Origin: a virus
DNA: 64,000 nt
Virus record (IMG/VR): IMGVR_UViG_3300035034_002798
Location: 64,001-128,000 of that record
Direction: 5' to 3' (one strand)
The position numbers and the translations under genes are program-made. How positions within the stretch are numbered: the stretch's first letter is position 1; each line of letters begins with the position of its first letter. Shown in pieces: positions 29,959-40,871 of the stretch. Below the pieces are notes generated by a model. It did not search any database. It saw only the letters and a list, made by a program, of their open reading frames with translations, and was not told the origin of the DNA.

Positions 29959-31263
29959 TTAGTTAGTTCCACCGAATAAGTTTTTTAATACATCTTCTGT
30001 TTTCTTGTTGATCTCTTCTTCTGTCATCTCTACATCTTCATCGTCATCTTTCTCCTCTACACCTTCAATTGAGGAATTTGGTTCTTTCCCGTCATTGACT
30101 GCGGCTCCAGGATTATTTACCTTTTCAATTTGACCTCTCAGTCCGGGTAATGCATCTTTATATTCCAATACTAAATCACCCATGGTGTCGTTTAATGACT
30201 CAAAGCTTCTAGATGCGTACTTTTCTACCTCATCGTCTCTTTCTTCCTCCATTGGTTTACCCAATACAGTTCTCATATCAACGATTCTTTGTGATAGAGC
30301 ATCGTGGAGCTTGTCTGTTTTTTCTTCAACATTTTCCATCAACTTTTCTTTCTCTGTTTCAAGATCCTGTTTTTCTTCTTTGAGAGTTTCTAACTTTCCT
30401 TCGAGGTCTTTGTTACTTTCCTCTAGTTCGTCATGACTCTCTTGAAGGGAATCTAATTCCTCCTGTAACTCTGCAACTGTTTTTTCATTTTCTTTACCTT
30501 CTGGCAATGTGTTATCTCCTTCCTTGCTTTCTTCTATGGTGTATTGAACTGAAGCTGTATTCTTTTTGTTTTTGCTTTCTTCAGTTTCTTCTGAGCCCAC
30601 AATGAGGACTGCAGTACCATCTCCTAGACTTTCTACTGTATCTATGTTGTAATCAGCGCTTTCTTGTAATCTTTCTTTTGAAAGAGTTCCTGCATCTTTG
30701 TCAGCTGGAACATTGACATAACTCACTTCGTTAAACCATAAGTCACCAAGTATCCACTTAGCAGTCTCTCCTTCGTATGTTTCTCCACGCCAGTGGCCAC
30801 AAAAACCCTCTTCTACTATGTCTGTACCACAAATGCTACAGATAGCTGCATCAGTTTCTGAGCCGATGCTTACCGTGTCGTACCTGCCATCTAAAACTTT
30901 CTCGGCGGCACTTTCATCCGATATCTTTACCTTAAGCTTGATAAAGGGCTTACTTCCTGCTGTCATATAAGAAGCGCTCTCTACTCGACCTATGGGGTCT
31001 GAGTGCTTATCGTGGTGAGTAAGTACTGGTTTGTTGTATGGATTAGTCCATGAGGCTACTCCGGTGCCTTCTGCTTCATCTCCTCGCAACTTATCGGCAC
31101 CGTAAACAGTGTAATTTGCTGTAGTGCCGGCATGAATCGCGGCGAGATTAGCAATGACAGAACCACCTTTTTTAGAAACACCCTCAGTCGATTCCAGTCT
31201 TTTCTCTTTCTCTTCTTTGGATACTTCTAATTTATATGATTCGTTTAAACGTAATCTTCTCAA
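29959..31263 (-). CDS. Prohead protease/scaffold (mirror)
   Basis: Identical to 11686-12990. Confidence 0.8.
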   Translation of the reverse strand: MRRLRLNESYKLEVSKEEKEKRLESTEGVSKKGGSVIANLAAIHAGTTANYTVYGADKLRGDEAEGTGVASWTNPYNKPVLTHHDKHSDPIGRVESASYMTAGSKPFIKLKVKISDESAAEKVLDGRYDTVSIGSETDAAICSICGTDIVEEGFCGHWRGETYEGETAKWILGDLWFNEVSYVNVPADKDAGTLSKERLQESADYNIDTVESLGDGTAVLIVGSEETEESKNKKNTASVQYTIEESKEGDNTLPEGKENEKTVAELQEELDSLQESHDELEESNKDLEGKLETLKEEKQDLETEKEKLMENVEEKTDKLHDALSQRIVDMRTVLGKPMEEERDDEVEKYASRSFESLNDTMGDLVLEYKDALPGLRGQIEKVNNPGAAVNDGKEPNSSIEGVEEKDDDEDVEMTEEEINKKTEDVLKNLFGGTN

Positions 31264-31298
31264 TCTAACACCTCCTCCCCATTGTGGTAGTAAATATT

Positions 31299-33386
31299 CT
31301 ATTTATCTTCTAAAGTGCAATGACAATTGGTGTGGAATGGCGGCACCCTTTCATATAAGTTGCTGCCTTCTAAGTTGATCTTTTTCTTTTCTCCACATAA
31401 TTCACAAGTGTCTTCACTAGAATTAACTATCAACTCTGTTTTGCCTAAATCCCTTGCGGATACAGCATATCCGTAGTTATAGGCATGCATCATTTCTGTA
31501 AATGCAATGAAATCTATTCTATGAGCATAAGCCTCATAAAGCCTGTTGACTCTATTTAGAGCTTTACTCTTATTGTTGTTTTTAAGTGCTGTTTCTATTT
31601 TGGCCGACATTTCATCTGCCAGCTTATTGAAGTATTTTTTATGAGATTCCTCTACCTGTTTGATTTCATAATCGTGAGTGGCTTTAGACACTTTTTCATC
31701 TGCTATATCTTTAAAAGCTGTGTCGTTGCCTGCTTGGAAAGAAGTACTGAAGGTGTCAGCACTCATTTTGAGAGTTAATCGTGCGAGTGATTTAAGTGAG
31801 GATGTTATGTCTTTCGTGGAATTGGGGTGTTTCTTTTTGTTATCTTCGAAGTACTTTTCCGTAAGCTCTAATACATCTTTTTTGGAGTTTGTGTATTGCT
31901 TTTTTAGTTTGGAAAGATGCTTTTCATAATTTAAGTTATCGACAAGTTCATTTGCCGTAAGGCTCTCTAAGTTTTCCTTAGTCTTAGGCCCTCCCCTTTT
32001 TCCGCTCTGGTTTTCTGGGTTATTTTTATTATCAGTATCTGAGCTGCTTCCTTCGGAGTCTTCTGCATCAGATGTAGCTCCAGTAACCAGATTGATATGC
32101 ATTTTAGCCCTATCAGTTATGGGGTCCATTCCAATTTCCTGTCTCATCTCATCTTCTGTAATTGCATTATGTTCATATTTATATACTGCATGATTTTCCT
32201 TTTTTATTTTAAGCTCAGTATCTATTTCTCTAAACTGGAACTTAACTTCGCTTTCTGGGTTTTCTAAAGGATCATACCCAGCTTCAAGTAATAGTTCCTG
32301 TATCATGAACTCATTTAAAAAGGTTGATAATACTTCTTGAAAAGCTTTTATCCTATCATGCATCTCTTTTGTCATATTATCGGCAGTTGATCTATTGGCC
32401 GTGTCGCCTCTACCCATTACAGTAGACGACACTCCTAAACCGGTGAAGACTCGTTTTTCAAAGTGCTCCAGGTAGTCCTTGGCATCTATCGCCTCACCAT
32501 CTGCGCCGATTACTTTTATTTCGTGCCTCTCTGGGGTTACTATGCCGCCATCTGAGGGCATGTTCTCTATCTGATTTCTTACATTATCTATTTCTTTTTC
32601 GTCTGCTTCAAAACCGGGTTCTGCAATACCTACTTTGTACTGATATAAGGGGAAAAGGTGTCTATATAAAAGCCTTAAAACGCTTTCTTCTGCCTCTCTT
32701 AAAGCCCTTATGTCGTCTAGGACGGGAAGTATAAAAGGCTGTCCAAATGCCTTACCTCTGTCCTTTTTATAGTAGATATGTATTATGTCGTTGGGGTCAA
32801 ATTCGACTGGATCTCCAACCCCTGGCACTTCCTGTTTGTACTTAGTTATAGTTCCGTGTTCGTCTCTTAAAATTTCAACAGTAGTAGGATTTAATATAAA
32901 ATACCCAGCTATTGGTTGATTACCAGTCACACCGGTAAGACTAACACCCTGCATCTGCAAAGCTTTAGAATTATTTTCTCTTGCTTTTACTACAAAAACA
33001 TTGGAGTATTTAACTAAGTCCTCAGCCATTTCATTAAAAAACTGTTGAACGGGCTTGCCAGTTGCCAGGGCCATAACCTTAAACCTCTGTCTGATGTATT
33101 TTATTGCGTCTGAATCTGGCCCTACAAAATCATATGATTCTTTAAAGAGCAGCTCTATATACTTATCTACAGCCTGTCTTGTGTAACTTGAAGTAGCGTA
33201 AGCATCTGTTATTTGTTGAAAGTCCCATTGCGGGGCTTCAAATGTTTCTCCTCCGCCACCTCCTGCTATATCAGCTGTACCCACTCTTCCGATTCTTACA
33301 TTTTTAGGGTCATAATCTTGAGGTGAAGCGTTTTTTAAAGAAATCATACGATTGAAGAAATTACCAATTTTCTGGAATATCTTCAT
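31299..33386 (-). CDS. Portal protein with gpF-like domain (mirror)
   Basis: Identical to 9563-11650. Confidence 0.82.
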   Translation of the reverse strand: MKIFQKIGNFFNRMISLKNASPQDYDPKNVRIGRVGTADIAGGGGGETFEAPQWDFQQITDAYATSSYTRQAVDKYIELLFKESYDFVGPDSDAIKYIRQRFKVMALATGKPVQQFFNEMAEDLVKYSNVFVVKARENNSKALQMQGVSLTGVTGNQPIAGYFILNPTTVEILRDEHGTITKYKQEVPGVGDPVEFDPNDIIHIYYKKDRGKAFGQPFILPVLDDIRALREAEESVLRLLYRHLFPLYQYKVGIAEPGFEADEKEIDNVRNQIENMPSDGGIVTPERHEIKVIGADGEAIDAKDYLEHFEKRVFTGLGVSSTVMGRGDTANRSTADNMTKEMHDRIKAFQEVLSTFLNEFMIQELLLEAGYDPLENPESEVKFQFREIDTELKIKKENHAVYKYEHNAITEDEMRQEIGMDPITDRAKMHINLVTGATSDAEDSEGSSSDTDNKNNPENQSGKRGGPKTKENLESLTANELVDNLNYEKHLSKLKKQYTNSKKDVLELTEKYFEDNKKKHPNSTKDITSSLKSLARLTLKMSADTFSTSFQAGNDTAFKDIADEKVSKATHDYEIKQVEESHKKYFNKLADEMSAKIETALKNNNKSKALNRVNRLYEAYAHRIDFIAFTEMMHAYNYGYAVSARDLGKTELIVNSSEDTCELCGEKKKINLEGSNLYERVPPFHTNCHCTLEDK

Positions 33387-33409
33387 CGATGATCAGTCTC
33401 CTTGCTTAT

Positions 33410-33817
33410 CTATTCTAAAAAATTATTTATATATATTACTGCATCTTCTATACAGCTAAAAATCTTAGTGGCATAGTTTTGGATCCAGTAATGATTTCTT
33501 ATGGTGTCACTACCAGTTACTATAAATACTGGTATTTCTTTTTGAGCTGCATACATGATTTCCATGCTCGTACCTATGTAACTGTGGTCTTCATCAAAGT
33601 AATCACATAAAATAGCATCAGAATTTCTAATATCCATTAAGTCTCTATTAACTATCTCTTGAGGGGTATATTCTTCTCCTTCTTTTTTACCCCTTAGCGG
33701 TGAGATACCCATTAATCCTTGGTCAGATAACATATCCGCTATGTTATTTCTGTGTTTTTTTGCTTCCAGTAAGTCTTTACCGGTTACTGGCCCGGCCATG
33801 TAAACTTTTTTAATCAT
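33410..33817 (-). CDS. Nucleoside 2-deoxyribosyltransferase-like protein (mirror)
   Basis: Identical to 9132-9539. Confidence 0.8.
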   Translation of the reverse strand: MIKKVYMAGPVTGKDLLEAKKHRNNIADMLSDQGLMGISPLRGKKEGEEYTPQEIVNRDLMDIRNSDAILCDYFDEDHSYIGTSMEIMYAAQKEIPVFIVTGSDTIRNHYWIQNYATKIFSCIEDAVIYINNFLE

Positions 33818-33861
33818 ATAAATCCCCTTTTTTGTGATATAGTTTAATGGTTAGATATATT

Positions 33862-34773
33862 TTATGGTTTGTGTACTTTTATCTTGTGTCTGTCTTTATA
33901 TAAGTCAATACGCATAGCTCCTTGATCTGCTACGGAATAAGCTTTCATCTCTGGATAGCCACCCCAATAGCTTAAAAAGGAACCTGCTATAACGTAATAT
34001 CTTCTTCTGTATACAATTTCATTTGTTTCATCGTCGATTTCCATTATGATATCGTGTGAAGAGTCTAAGACGTGAGTGTGTCCTGAAATGTAGAGGTCAA
34101 CATTGGCAACTCGATTCATCTTATGAGCTGCATTAATTTTTCCTCCGTGTGTGCGGGCTCCAGATCTTCCGTGGAAGGTAATTGCGTGGTAGGTTTGTTC
34201 TCCGACATTAAGTTTCAGGTAGCCCTGATAACCTAAATAAGGTACTCCTAAGCTTCTTGCGAGTATTCTCATAGGATCAATTGAAGTGCTTCTCATGATC
34301 CGTCTTTCATGATTGCCGGGTTGGATTCCGAGTATCTTGCCCTTTTCTGCGAGTGGTCTTAGTTCTTCTTCTAAGATTTCTATTTGTGTCTGCGGGTCAT
34401 ATCTTTGTTCATACACACCAAGTCCTATAGATGTTTTAGTTGCATTCTCTCCAAGATCTCCAGTAAGTACCGTGTAGGTGTTGGGAGTCTCTTCTATATA
34501 TTTAATAAAATCTCTAAGCTTTGGTATATTCGCATTTATTGAGCCGAGATGTATATCCGATATGGGTACTATCTGTACCTTATCTCCTTCAGGTTCAAAA
34601 TCTAGAACCTGGACTTCTTTGCTCTGCATCTGGGCTTCAGACTGTGCATTCAGTTTGTCAAACTTCTTAAGACTGTTATCATCTTCCTGAACTTCTTTTT
34701 CTGGGTCCATTTCCATCTCTGATATAAACTCTTTCACCTTATCTTCTAATTCTTTATCTAAATCGTTGGCCAA
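33862..34773 (-). CDS. Metallophosphoesterase (mirror)
   Basis: Identical to 8176-9087. Confidence 0.88.
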   Translation of the reverse strand: MANDLDKELEDKVKEFISEMEMDPEKEVQEDDNSLKKFDKLNAQSEAQMQSKEVQVLDFEPEGDKVQIVPISDIHLGSINANIPKLRDFIKYIEETPNTYTVLTGDLGENATKTSIGLGVYEQRYDPQTQIEILEEELRPLAEKGKILGIQPGNHERRIMRSTSIDPMRILARSLGVPYLGYQGYLKLNVGEQTYHAITFHGRSGARTHGGKINAAHKMNRVANVDLYISGHTHVLDSSHDIIMEIDDETNEIVYRRRYYVIAGSFLSYWGGYPEMKAYSVADQGAMRIDLYKDRHKIKVHKP

Positions 34774-34788
34774 TTATAACGCCCCTTT

Positions 34789-36210
34789 TTATATTTCAAA
34801 CCGCTCTACCTGGTTTGTTTTCTTATTGTAGGTCGTATTTAGATTGTTGTTTTTGATGAAATCCTCGATCCACTCATCTAACGGTTTTTCTCGTGTTGAT
34901 TTTTCGAGTGTATCAACAACATCTACTACTAGATCTAGCATGTAAAATACGCCCTGTTTTTTCTTTTTATTCCTAAGTATATTATTTGTATTCTTGTATT
35001 TATTGAATTCTAGGCTGTTTGTTCTATAATAATCGTCAAGCAGCTCGTTGTACTGAATATCAAGTCCCTTTATGATATCTAATAGCTCTCTACCTATCTC
35101 GTAAAAGGGCTGACAGCTTGTTCCTGACGTAGTAGAGTATTGAACGAAGTTTGCAACAGACTCTCCAATATACTGGGTTAAGACACCAATTGCTGCCCCT
35201 CCAGCCTCCATGGCAAGCCTTTGTGGTAGATTCTTTAGGCTTCTAATCTGCTGTTTGATGTTTTTAATATCATCATTTAAACCTCTGTGTGCGAATTCAA
35301 GTAGTGCTTTTACTTTCTTTAATCTGCCGGCTATTCTTGCAGTATCGAATCCAACTTTATTATTTGAAAGGAATTCATGTATTATGCAGTAAACATATCC
35401 ATCGAAATAATCGGCTACGGTATTGTTTCTTAGTTCTGACCACTCATCTATTACTTCATTCATTTTGGTGGCCCTGTCGTACAATGTTTTACCGATATCA
35501 CCCTTGGGTCCATATACTGATATTTCATCAAGCTCTTCATTAACACCCTGGTATTCTTCGCGCCATGATCTTAGCTCGTCTTGATCAGGGTTGTCCATCC
35601 TCTTGTATTCTTCTTCTAAGTTTTGTTTTTTTATATCCAGTTCAAGCCACCTGTTTAAAAGTTCGAGTTCTTTGTCTCTCTGCTTTTCGAGGCTGAAATC
35701 ATCACTTACATCAAGTAGAGTGTTTTCCATAAAAGATAAGGAGTCTGTAAATTCATCCCTCATATCCCAGGCCATATCAAGTATCTCTACTTTTATATCA
35801 TCTGTTATACTTTTATGTTCTTTCTCGTAATAGTTAGAAATACTTATTTCATCTGATGTCGGCTCAGGCTTGAACCTTATGTCTTTATAATCAGTAAAAG
35901 ATATCTCATCACCGAAATCTTCATCTTTTAAGTATTCTTTTATCTCGTCATCTAACTTGACTGTATCGTCTTCTAAATCTTCTTCCAAGTTACTGATGAA
36001 TTCTTCCAGCTTCTTTAGGGTATCCGACACCTTTTCATAACTATCTGTTACTTTAATTTCGCTTACTCTTGTTAGCTGTGGTGGTACTTTGTAATTTTTT
36101 TGAGTAGCTGATTCTTCATCTTCTATAAAGACTTCTTCTGGTATATACTCAAGATTAGGTTTATATTCTATTGATCTTCTCTCTTCTTTTGTGTCTATAC
36201 CTCTACCCAT
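34789..36210 (-). CDS. Hypothetical helical protein (mirror)
   Basis: Identical to 6739-8160. Confidence 0.7.
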   Translation of the reverse strand: MGRGIDTKEERRSIEYKPNLEYIPEEVFIEDEESATQKNYKVPPQLTRVSEIKVTDSYEKVSDTLKKLEEFISNLEEDLEDDTVKLDDEIKEYLKDEDFGDEISFTDYKDIRFKPEPTSDEISISNYYEKEHKSITDDIKVEILDMAWDMRDEFTDSLSFMENTLLDVSDDFSLEKQRDKELELLNRWLELDIKKQNLEEEYKRMDNPDQDELRSWREEYQGVNEELDEISVYGPKGDIGKTLYDRATKMNEVIDEWSELRNNTVADYFDGYVYCIIHEFLSNNKVGFDTARIAGRLKKVKALLEFAHRGLNDDIKNIKQQIRSLKNLPQRLAMEAGGAAIGVLTQYIGESVANFVQYSTTSGTSCQPFYEIGRELLDIIKGLDIQYNELLDDYYRTNSLEFNKYKNTNNILRNKKKKQGVFYMLDLVVDVVDTLEKSTREKPLDEWIEDFIKNNNLNTTYNKKTNQVERFEI

Positions 36211-36223
36211 CTTTTAACCACCT

Positions 36224-36523
36224 TTATATAAGCTTAACTGGAAAGTTTAAATCACTATTTAAAATGAGAGGTTCTACAACATCATTTAGTTCATTATTGA
36301 TCTCTACTTCCATATCAATTAATACTTCATCAACATCCAGGCCTCTTTTAGATTCGAGGTTATTAGTGCTGCACATTAAATAATTAGTATCTTCGGTTTC
36401 AATGTTGTCCATGTAGCTTGCCTCTAATATCTCTTCTTTTCTGTCTTCTATTATCTTTTCTGCAAATCTTCTTGACCGTCTGAACTCTGTTGAAATAACT
36501 AATACTTTTTTCATAATTATCAC
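36224..36523 (-). CDS. Small terminase-ATPase-like fragment protein (mirror)
   Basis: Identical to 6426-6725. Confidence 0.45.
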   Translation of the reverse strand: MIIMKKVLVISTEFRRSRRFAEKIIEDRKEEILEASYMDNIETEDTNYLMCSTNNLESKRGLDVDEVLIDMEVEINNELNDVVEPLILNSDLNFPVKLI

Positions 36524-36654
36524 TTCCCACTTTTATTTATGGAAATTCTTAAAGTTGTACTTCTAACAACTGTTTCTCCCTTTTGTTTTATAGGCATCAT
36601 GGGGCGCGAAAAAGGGGGTTGGAAAAACGCGACCCCATGGTGTCTAGAAAAGAA

Positions 36655-38256
36655 CTAAAAACTGCTCCTTTTTGGAGGTCTTTTTAAAGTTCTGCTTCTA
36701 TTAAAGCTTGATCTTATGGCATTTGCTCCTTTTGACAGTCCTGGACCATCAAGGAAAGCAACACCTGTATTCTTAGATTTATTCTTGTCTTCTTCTCTTT
36801 TTTTCTTGTGTCGCGCGTAGTCGAGTCTGGGTGCTGTTGCTACATTACTTGCAAATTTTGACTTTGCTATATCTGTAAATTCTAACTGCATTGCGAGCAG
36901 ACTCAACATGAAAGCATCTAATGCATGTTCATTATCATCGTTGTATACCGGTCGGCCAGTTGGGGTTACTCTTTCTATATAATAATCAAGCATTTGCTCT
37001 TTTATCATCTGATCATTGCCTGGTAAGGCGATTCTCTCGTTTTCACATAATAAAACCGTTGTATTTACCATAAATGGTTTAATATGTTTTTTCCCGATTT
37101 CTTTGGTGTGAGGATCAGGAATATTAATTTTATCCGAGAAACTAATACCTTTAACCTTGTCTTCCAGTCCAGTACCAGGATGTGCTATTCCATATTTATG
37201 CAGGGCTTCTATTTGATACTCTCCGTGGCCCCTGTCAGCGTAAATGAAGTCTGGATCGAACTCTTCGTTTAACTCTACGATAGTGTCGATAGCATTTGAA
37301 TAAGTGAATTCTCCAGATGGTATCTCTGACCTGTTTATTGGATAGAATATATCCTCTTCAGGATCGTACTCTGATACTACAATCTGTGTTGCTGCACCAG
37401 CTTTATCCCAGTCGATACCTATCGTTCTAACAGCCTGGTAGTCGATCTCATCTACCAGCTCTATCCCTTTTTCTTTGCCTTTTTCTGCTGACTTCTCTAC
37501 AAACTTTCTCTGGAATACTCCTTCAGCCATATCTCCGAATTCTGCTAGTATCTCGTGTACATAACCGAGTTCAGTAAGGTTGTTGCGTGCATCTCTTTCT
37601 GCCGCATCTGACCAGTTAGGGTTAACATGAGATGTATAATGAAACTCTGTCCAGTCAAGTTCTTTTTTGGTACACCACTGCCAGAACCTGCCCCTGCGAC
37701 CAGTCGGCGTTGATGTTGCCCATATCTTTACGTTCTCAGCATCCTCATAGGCAACCGAGATAATTGTATCTATATCATCATCACTCAAATAATCTGCCTC
37801 ATCAAGATAAATGAGGTCCCCGCCCTGCCCACGAACGCTTGCTGCTCCGCCTCCGCCGGTGGTTCCTGCTGTAAATCCTACGATATAACTTCCGTTACCG
37901 AATTCTATTCTATTAGGTGATCTAATATCTCTGGTAACACTTTGCTGTATCATATCGCTTTTTTTAATTAGAGCTCTTAATCTCTGGAATATATGTTTAA
38001 TCTGTGACTCAAAAGGTGTAACAATCAATACCCTGTATCCTTCTATTGTGAATGCTGAGTGAAGCATTTTAATTACGGCCATATCGGTTTTACCAATACG
38101 ACGACCAGCTCTTACAACTACTCTATTCTCATCTGAGTTGAGCATGGTCTCCTGGTAAGATCTTGCTGTCCAGTCAAGTTCATATTCTGCAAACTTAACG
38201 GGATCTTCTAGTATTTCAAGAGTATTTAGTTCCTCATCTGTAAAATTTTCACTCAT
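36655..38256 (-). CDS. terL: Terminase large subunit (mirror)
   Basis: Identical to 4693-6294. Confidence 0.93.
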   Translation of the reverse strand: MSENFTDEELNTLEILEDPVKFAEYELDWTARSYQETMLNSDENRVVVRAGRRIGKTDMAVIKMLHSAFTIEGYRVLIVTPFESQIKHIFQRLRALIKKSDMIQQSVTRDIRSPNRIEFGNGSYIVGFTAGTTGGGGAASVRGQGGDLIYLDEADYLSDDDIDTIISVAYEDAENVKIWATSTPTGRRGRFWQWCTKKELDWTEFHYTSHVNPNWSDAAERDARNNLTELGYVHEILAEFGDMAEGVFQRKFVEKSAEKGKEKGIELVDEIDYQAVRTIGIDWDKAGAATQIVVSEYDPEEDIFYPINRSEIPSGEFTYSNAIDTIVELNEEFDPDFIYADRGHGEYQIEALHKYGIAHPGTGLEDKVKGISFSDKINIPDPHTKEIGKKHIKPFMVNTTVLLCENERIALPGNDQMIKEQMLDYYIERVTPTGRPVYNDDNEHALDAFMLSLLAMQLEFTDIAKSKFASNVATAPRLDYARHKKKREEDKNKSKNTGVAFLDGPGLSKGANAIRSSFNRSRTLKRPPKRSSF

Positions 38257-38279
38257 AATCTCACCTTATCGTAATTTAT

Positions 38280-38948
38280 TTATCTTCTAAAAAGATCGTT
38301 GTTTTCTCTTCTACCTTTTTTACCTGACATGTATCCAACTGTTCCAACTCCGCCAGCCGCAAGTGTACCGGTTACTACTGGATGTCTTTTTGCACTTGCC
38401 AGTAAACCACTTTTCTTTCTAGTATAACCATCTGAACTAAGTGAGTTGTTACTGGTTAGAGTTCTTTTACCATTGCTTGATACGCCCTCTTGGGATACTT
38501 TCTTGTTTGCATTGATAGTGGTATTTTGACCAACACTAGCTTTATTTGCTTTGCTATGAGCATTATAGTTATCAATACCACGAGTGATCTCATCAACTTC
38601 CAATTCTTTAGCTCTTTGGGGGTTATTAACAGTTCTAGCGTTTCTGAGGTTTTTTCTAGTAGTACTGGAAGAGTTGTTATAATTTCTTCCTCTCTCCGTA
38701 GCATTTCTTTTTGCCCAGCTAGCTTTAGCCAGATCGTCGCCTTGGGATGCGGCTTTTGTGGTGGCATCATTTGCAGTTCTTCCCACTTTGCCTCCAACTT
38801 CGCCCATTATGTCTTCATAACCACTTGACCTATTAAAAGCCCTGTTTACTGTGCTTCCAACATCGTCTCCTAATTTGGTTGCTTTTTGCCCTATCTCATT
38901 GGCTGCATTTGAGAGTATTTTTCTTGCTTTTCCCATAAAACTTGCCAT
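38280..38948 (-). CDS. Basic low-complexity protein (mirror)
   Basis: Identical to 4001-4669. Confidence 0.65.
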   Translation of the reverse strand: MASFMGKARKILSNAANEIGQKATKLGDDVGSTVNRAFNRSSGYEDIMGEVGGKVGRTANDATTKAASQGDDLAKASWAKRNATERGRNYNNSSSTTRKNLRNARTVNNPQRAKELEVDEITRGIDNYNAHSKANKASVGQNTTINANKKVSQEGVSSNGKRTLTSNNSLSSDGYTRKKSGLLASAKRHPVVTGTLAAGGVGTVGYMSGKKGRRENNDLFRR

Positions 38949-38963
38949 TTATAGTCACTTCCT

Positions 38964-39377
38964 TTATAATCTATGTTTCATTCTTGCTGTATTACCGAGG
39001 GCACTTCTTGAGTTCATTCTGCTGTTCTGTATCGCCTGCATACCTCTCTGCCTCATTGTGTAGGCCGATTGTGTGTCCTGATAGCCTCCGCCAAGACTGT
39101 CATCAAACATTTCATTATACTGAGCTTTATCGTTGTCATAATGAGCCTTACCTAATTGCGCTCCAACTGTTGCCAGAGGAGCTACTACCATAGTCGAAAG
39201 ACCTACTGCAGGGAACATTTCAAACATTAAACCTTCAATAGCGGCATTCTTTAAGCCTTTGCCTAAGCCGTTACCCATTGCAAGTTCCATTCCTACATCT
39301 ATCGCGGCTCCTGCACTTACTCCTTTTACAAAATCACCATGTTTTTTTAACCATTTTCCTGCTACATTTTTATCCAT
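38964..39377 (-). CDS. Gly/Ala-rich protein (mirror)
   Basis: Identical to 3572-3985. Confidence 0.65.
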   Translation of the reverse strand: MDKNVAGKWLKKHGDFVKGVSAGAAIDVGMELAMGNGLGKGLKNAAIEGLMFEMFPAVGLSTMVVAPLATVGAQLGKAHYDNDKAQYNEMFDDSLGGGYQDTQSAYTMRQRGMQAIQNSRMNSRSALGNTARMKHRL

Positions 39378-39390
39378 AGCGATTAGCTCC

Positions 39391-39969
39391 TTATCTTAAA
39401 TCATTTAATGCCTGAACTAGGCCCATAGTATTTTCTACATCCTGTCTTTTATTTGGTCTACCATCATAACCGGATGTGGGCATTGTATTTTCAGTATTTG
39501 CTACTTGATGTTTTGAGGTGTTGTACGATTTAACTCCAGCGTATATTCCACCGGCAACTGCTGTACCCGCAACTGTGTTCTGAACTGCAGGTCTAAGCAT
39601 TCTACCCATTGCTTCATCTGGGGCTTCTACTGTTAAGGCTTTGAAGGTATTAACTGCACCCTTTTTCAAACCGGGAGCAACTTCTTTTGCGAATTTGTGC
39701 GCTCCAGATCCTAATGTCTTAGCAACACCGGGTGCTGCTTTAGCCGCTGATATTCCAGCCATTGACGCTCCCTGTGCCGCAGCATTGGATGCGTTATACA
39801 TTAAACCTCCGAGGCCCTTTTTCATGCCCACTGTATTGAGTATATTTTCTGGTATGTCTTTTAATACTGAACCGCTAACTGCACCGGCTAAAGGGGCTAT
39901 TGCTAGGTTTTTGGCCCCTTTAAGCAGTCCAGAGAATACACCGTCTAAGGCTTTTCTATAAATATTCAT
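39391..39969 (-). CDS. Gly/Ala-rich protein (mirror)
   Basis: Identical to 2980-3558. Confidence 0.65.
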   Translation of the reverse strand: MNIYRKALDGVFSGLLKGAKNLAIAPLAGAVSGSVLKDIPENILNTVGMKKGLGGLMYNASNAAAQGASMAGISAAKAAPGVAKTLGSGAHKFAKEVAPGLKKGAVNTFKALTVEAPDEAMGRMLRPAVQNTVAGTAVAGGIYAGVKSYNTSKHQVANTENTMPTSGYDGRPNKRQDVENTMGLVQALNDLR

Positions 39970-39981
39970 TGCTTACCTACT

Positions 39982-40449
39982 TTAAAGTACTGTTCTGCCG
40001 GTTTTCCTAGCATTGTTTTTGGCGGCCGCATTCATTGTTCTTTTGGTTGCATTAATTGCACCCTCATTAACCGACTTTGCGGTTCTACTAACCTTAGATG
40101 CGGATGAGCCTTTGGTGAATTGACCTTTAATTGCGTCCATTCCACCACCGTGGCTTATAGCTCCACCTGCTGTTGCTCCACCAGCGGCCCCCATTAACCC
40201 ACCTTTAATTATACTGTTTCCTGTTACTGCTGCAGATCCAGCTCCTACGCCAGCTCCTATAGTGGCGCCGCCCAGTACTTTTGCACCGTTTTTGGTCCAA
40301 AAGCTCGAAGCTGATTCTATGGGTTGATTCGAAATGTGCTTTCCGACTTTTGCTATTCCAGATGCTCCGTCAGAAACTCCTCTTGCGGCTTTACCAGCAA
40401 AATCTCCTAATGTACTTCCTAAATTACTCATTAAAGCCATATCGTTCAC
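39982..40449 (-). CDS. Glycine-zipper protein (mirror)
   Basis: Identical to 2500-2967. Confidence 0.6.
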   Translation of the reverse strand: MNDMALMSNLGSTLGDFAGKAARGVSDGASGIAKVGKHISNQPIESASSFWTKNGAKVLGGATIGAGVGAGSAAVTGNSIIKGGLMGAAGGATAGGAISHGGGMDAIKGQFTKGSSASKVSRTAKSVNEGAINATKRTMNAAAKNNARKTGRTVL

Positions 40450-40472
40450 CTCTCTCGTTATATTTTAAAAAT

Positions 40473-40547
40473 TGGCAGGAGAGACAGGTTTTGAACCCAT
40501 ACACATGGATTTGGAGTCCACTGCTCTACCAATTGAGCTACTCTCCT
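40473..40547 (-). tRNA. tRNA-Trp(CCA) (mirror)
   Basis: Reverse complement of 2402-2476. Confidence 0.92.
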
Positions 40548-40558
40548 AATATATAAAA

Positions 40559-40634
40559 TGGAGCTAATGACAGGAATTGAACCCGCGACCTGCTCGTTAC
40601 AAATGAGCTACTCTACCTACTGAGCTACATTAGC
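40559..40634 (-). tRNA. tRNA-Thr(TGT) (mirror)
   Basis: Reverse complement of 2315-2390. Confidence 0.92.
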
Positions 40635-40640
40635 TTAAAA

Positions 40641-40868
40641 TTAAATTATTACTGTAGTTACTATTTTCTTAAAACCATTCTCATTGCTAAATACTTGAAT
40701 TGATTTTCCTCTGGCCGGGCCATCTTCTTTATCTTCTTTATCTTCTGATTCTTCTATTTGGAAGTCATTTTCTACTATCTCAAGCCAGCCTTCATCAAAG
40801 CCATTTAAATGTTCTGGTTTTTCATTTGCAATTCTTTCTCTGATAATTCCTCTTACTGAATCTTTCAT
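40641..40868 (-). CDS. Hypothetical acidic protein (mirror)
   Basis: Identical to 2081-2308. Confidence 0.6.
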   Translation of the reverse strand: MKDSVRGIIRERIANEKPEHLNGFDEGWLEIVENDFQIEESEDKEDKEDGPARGKSIQVFSNENGFKKIVTTVII

Positions 40869-40871
40869 TTA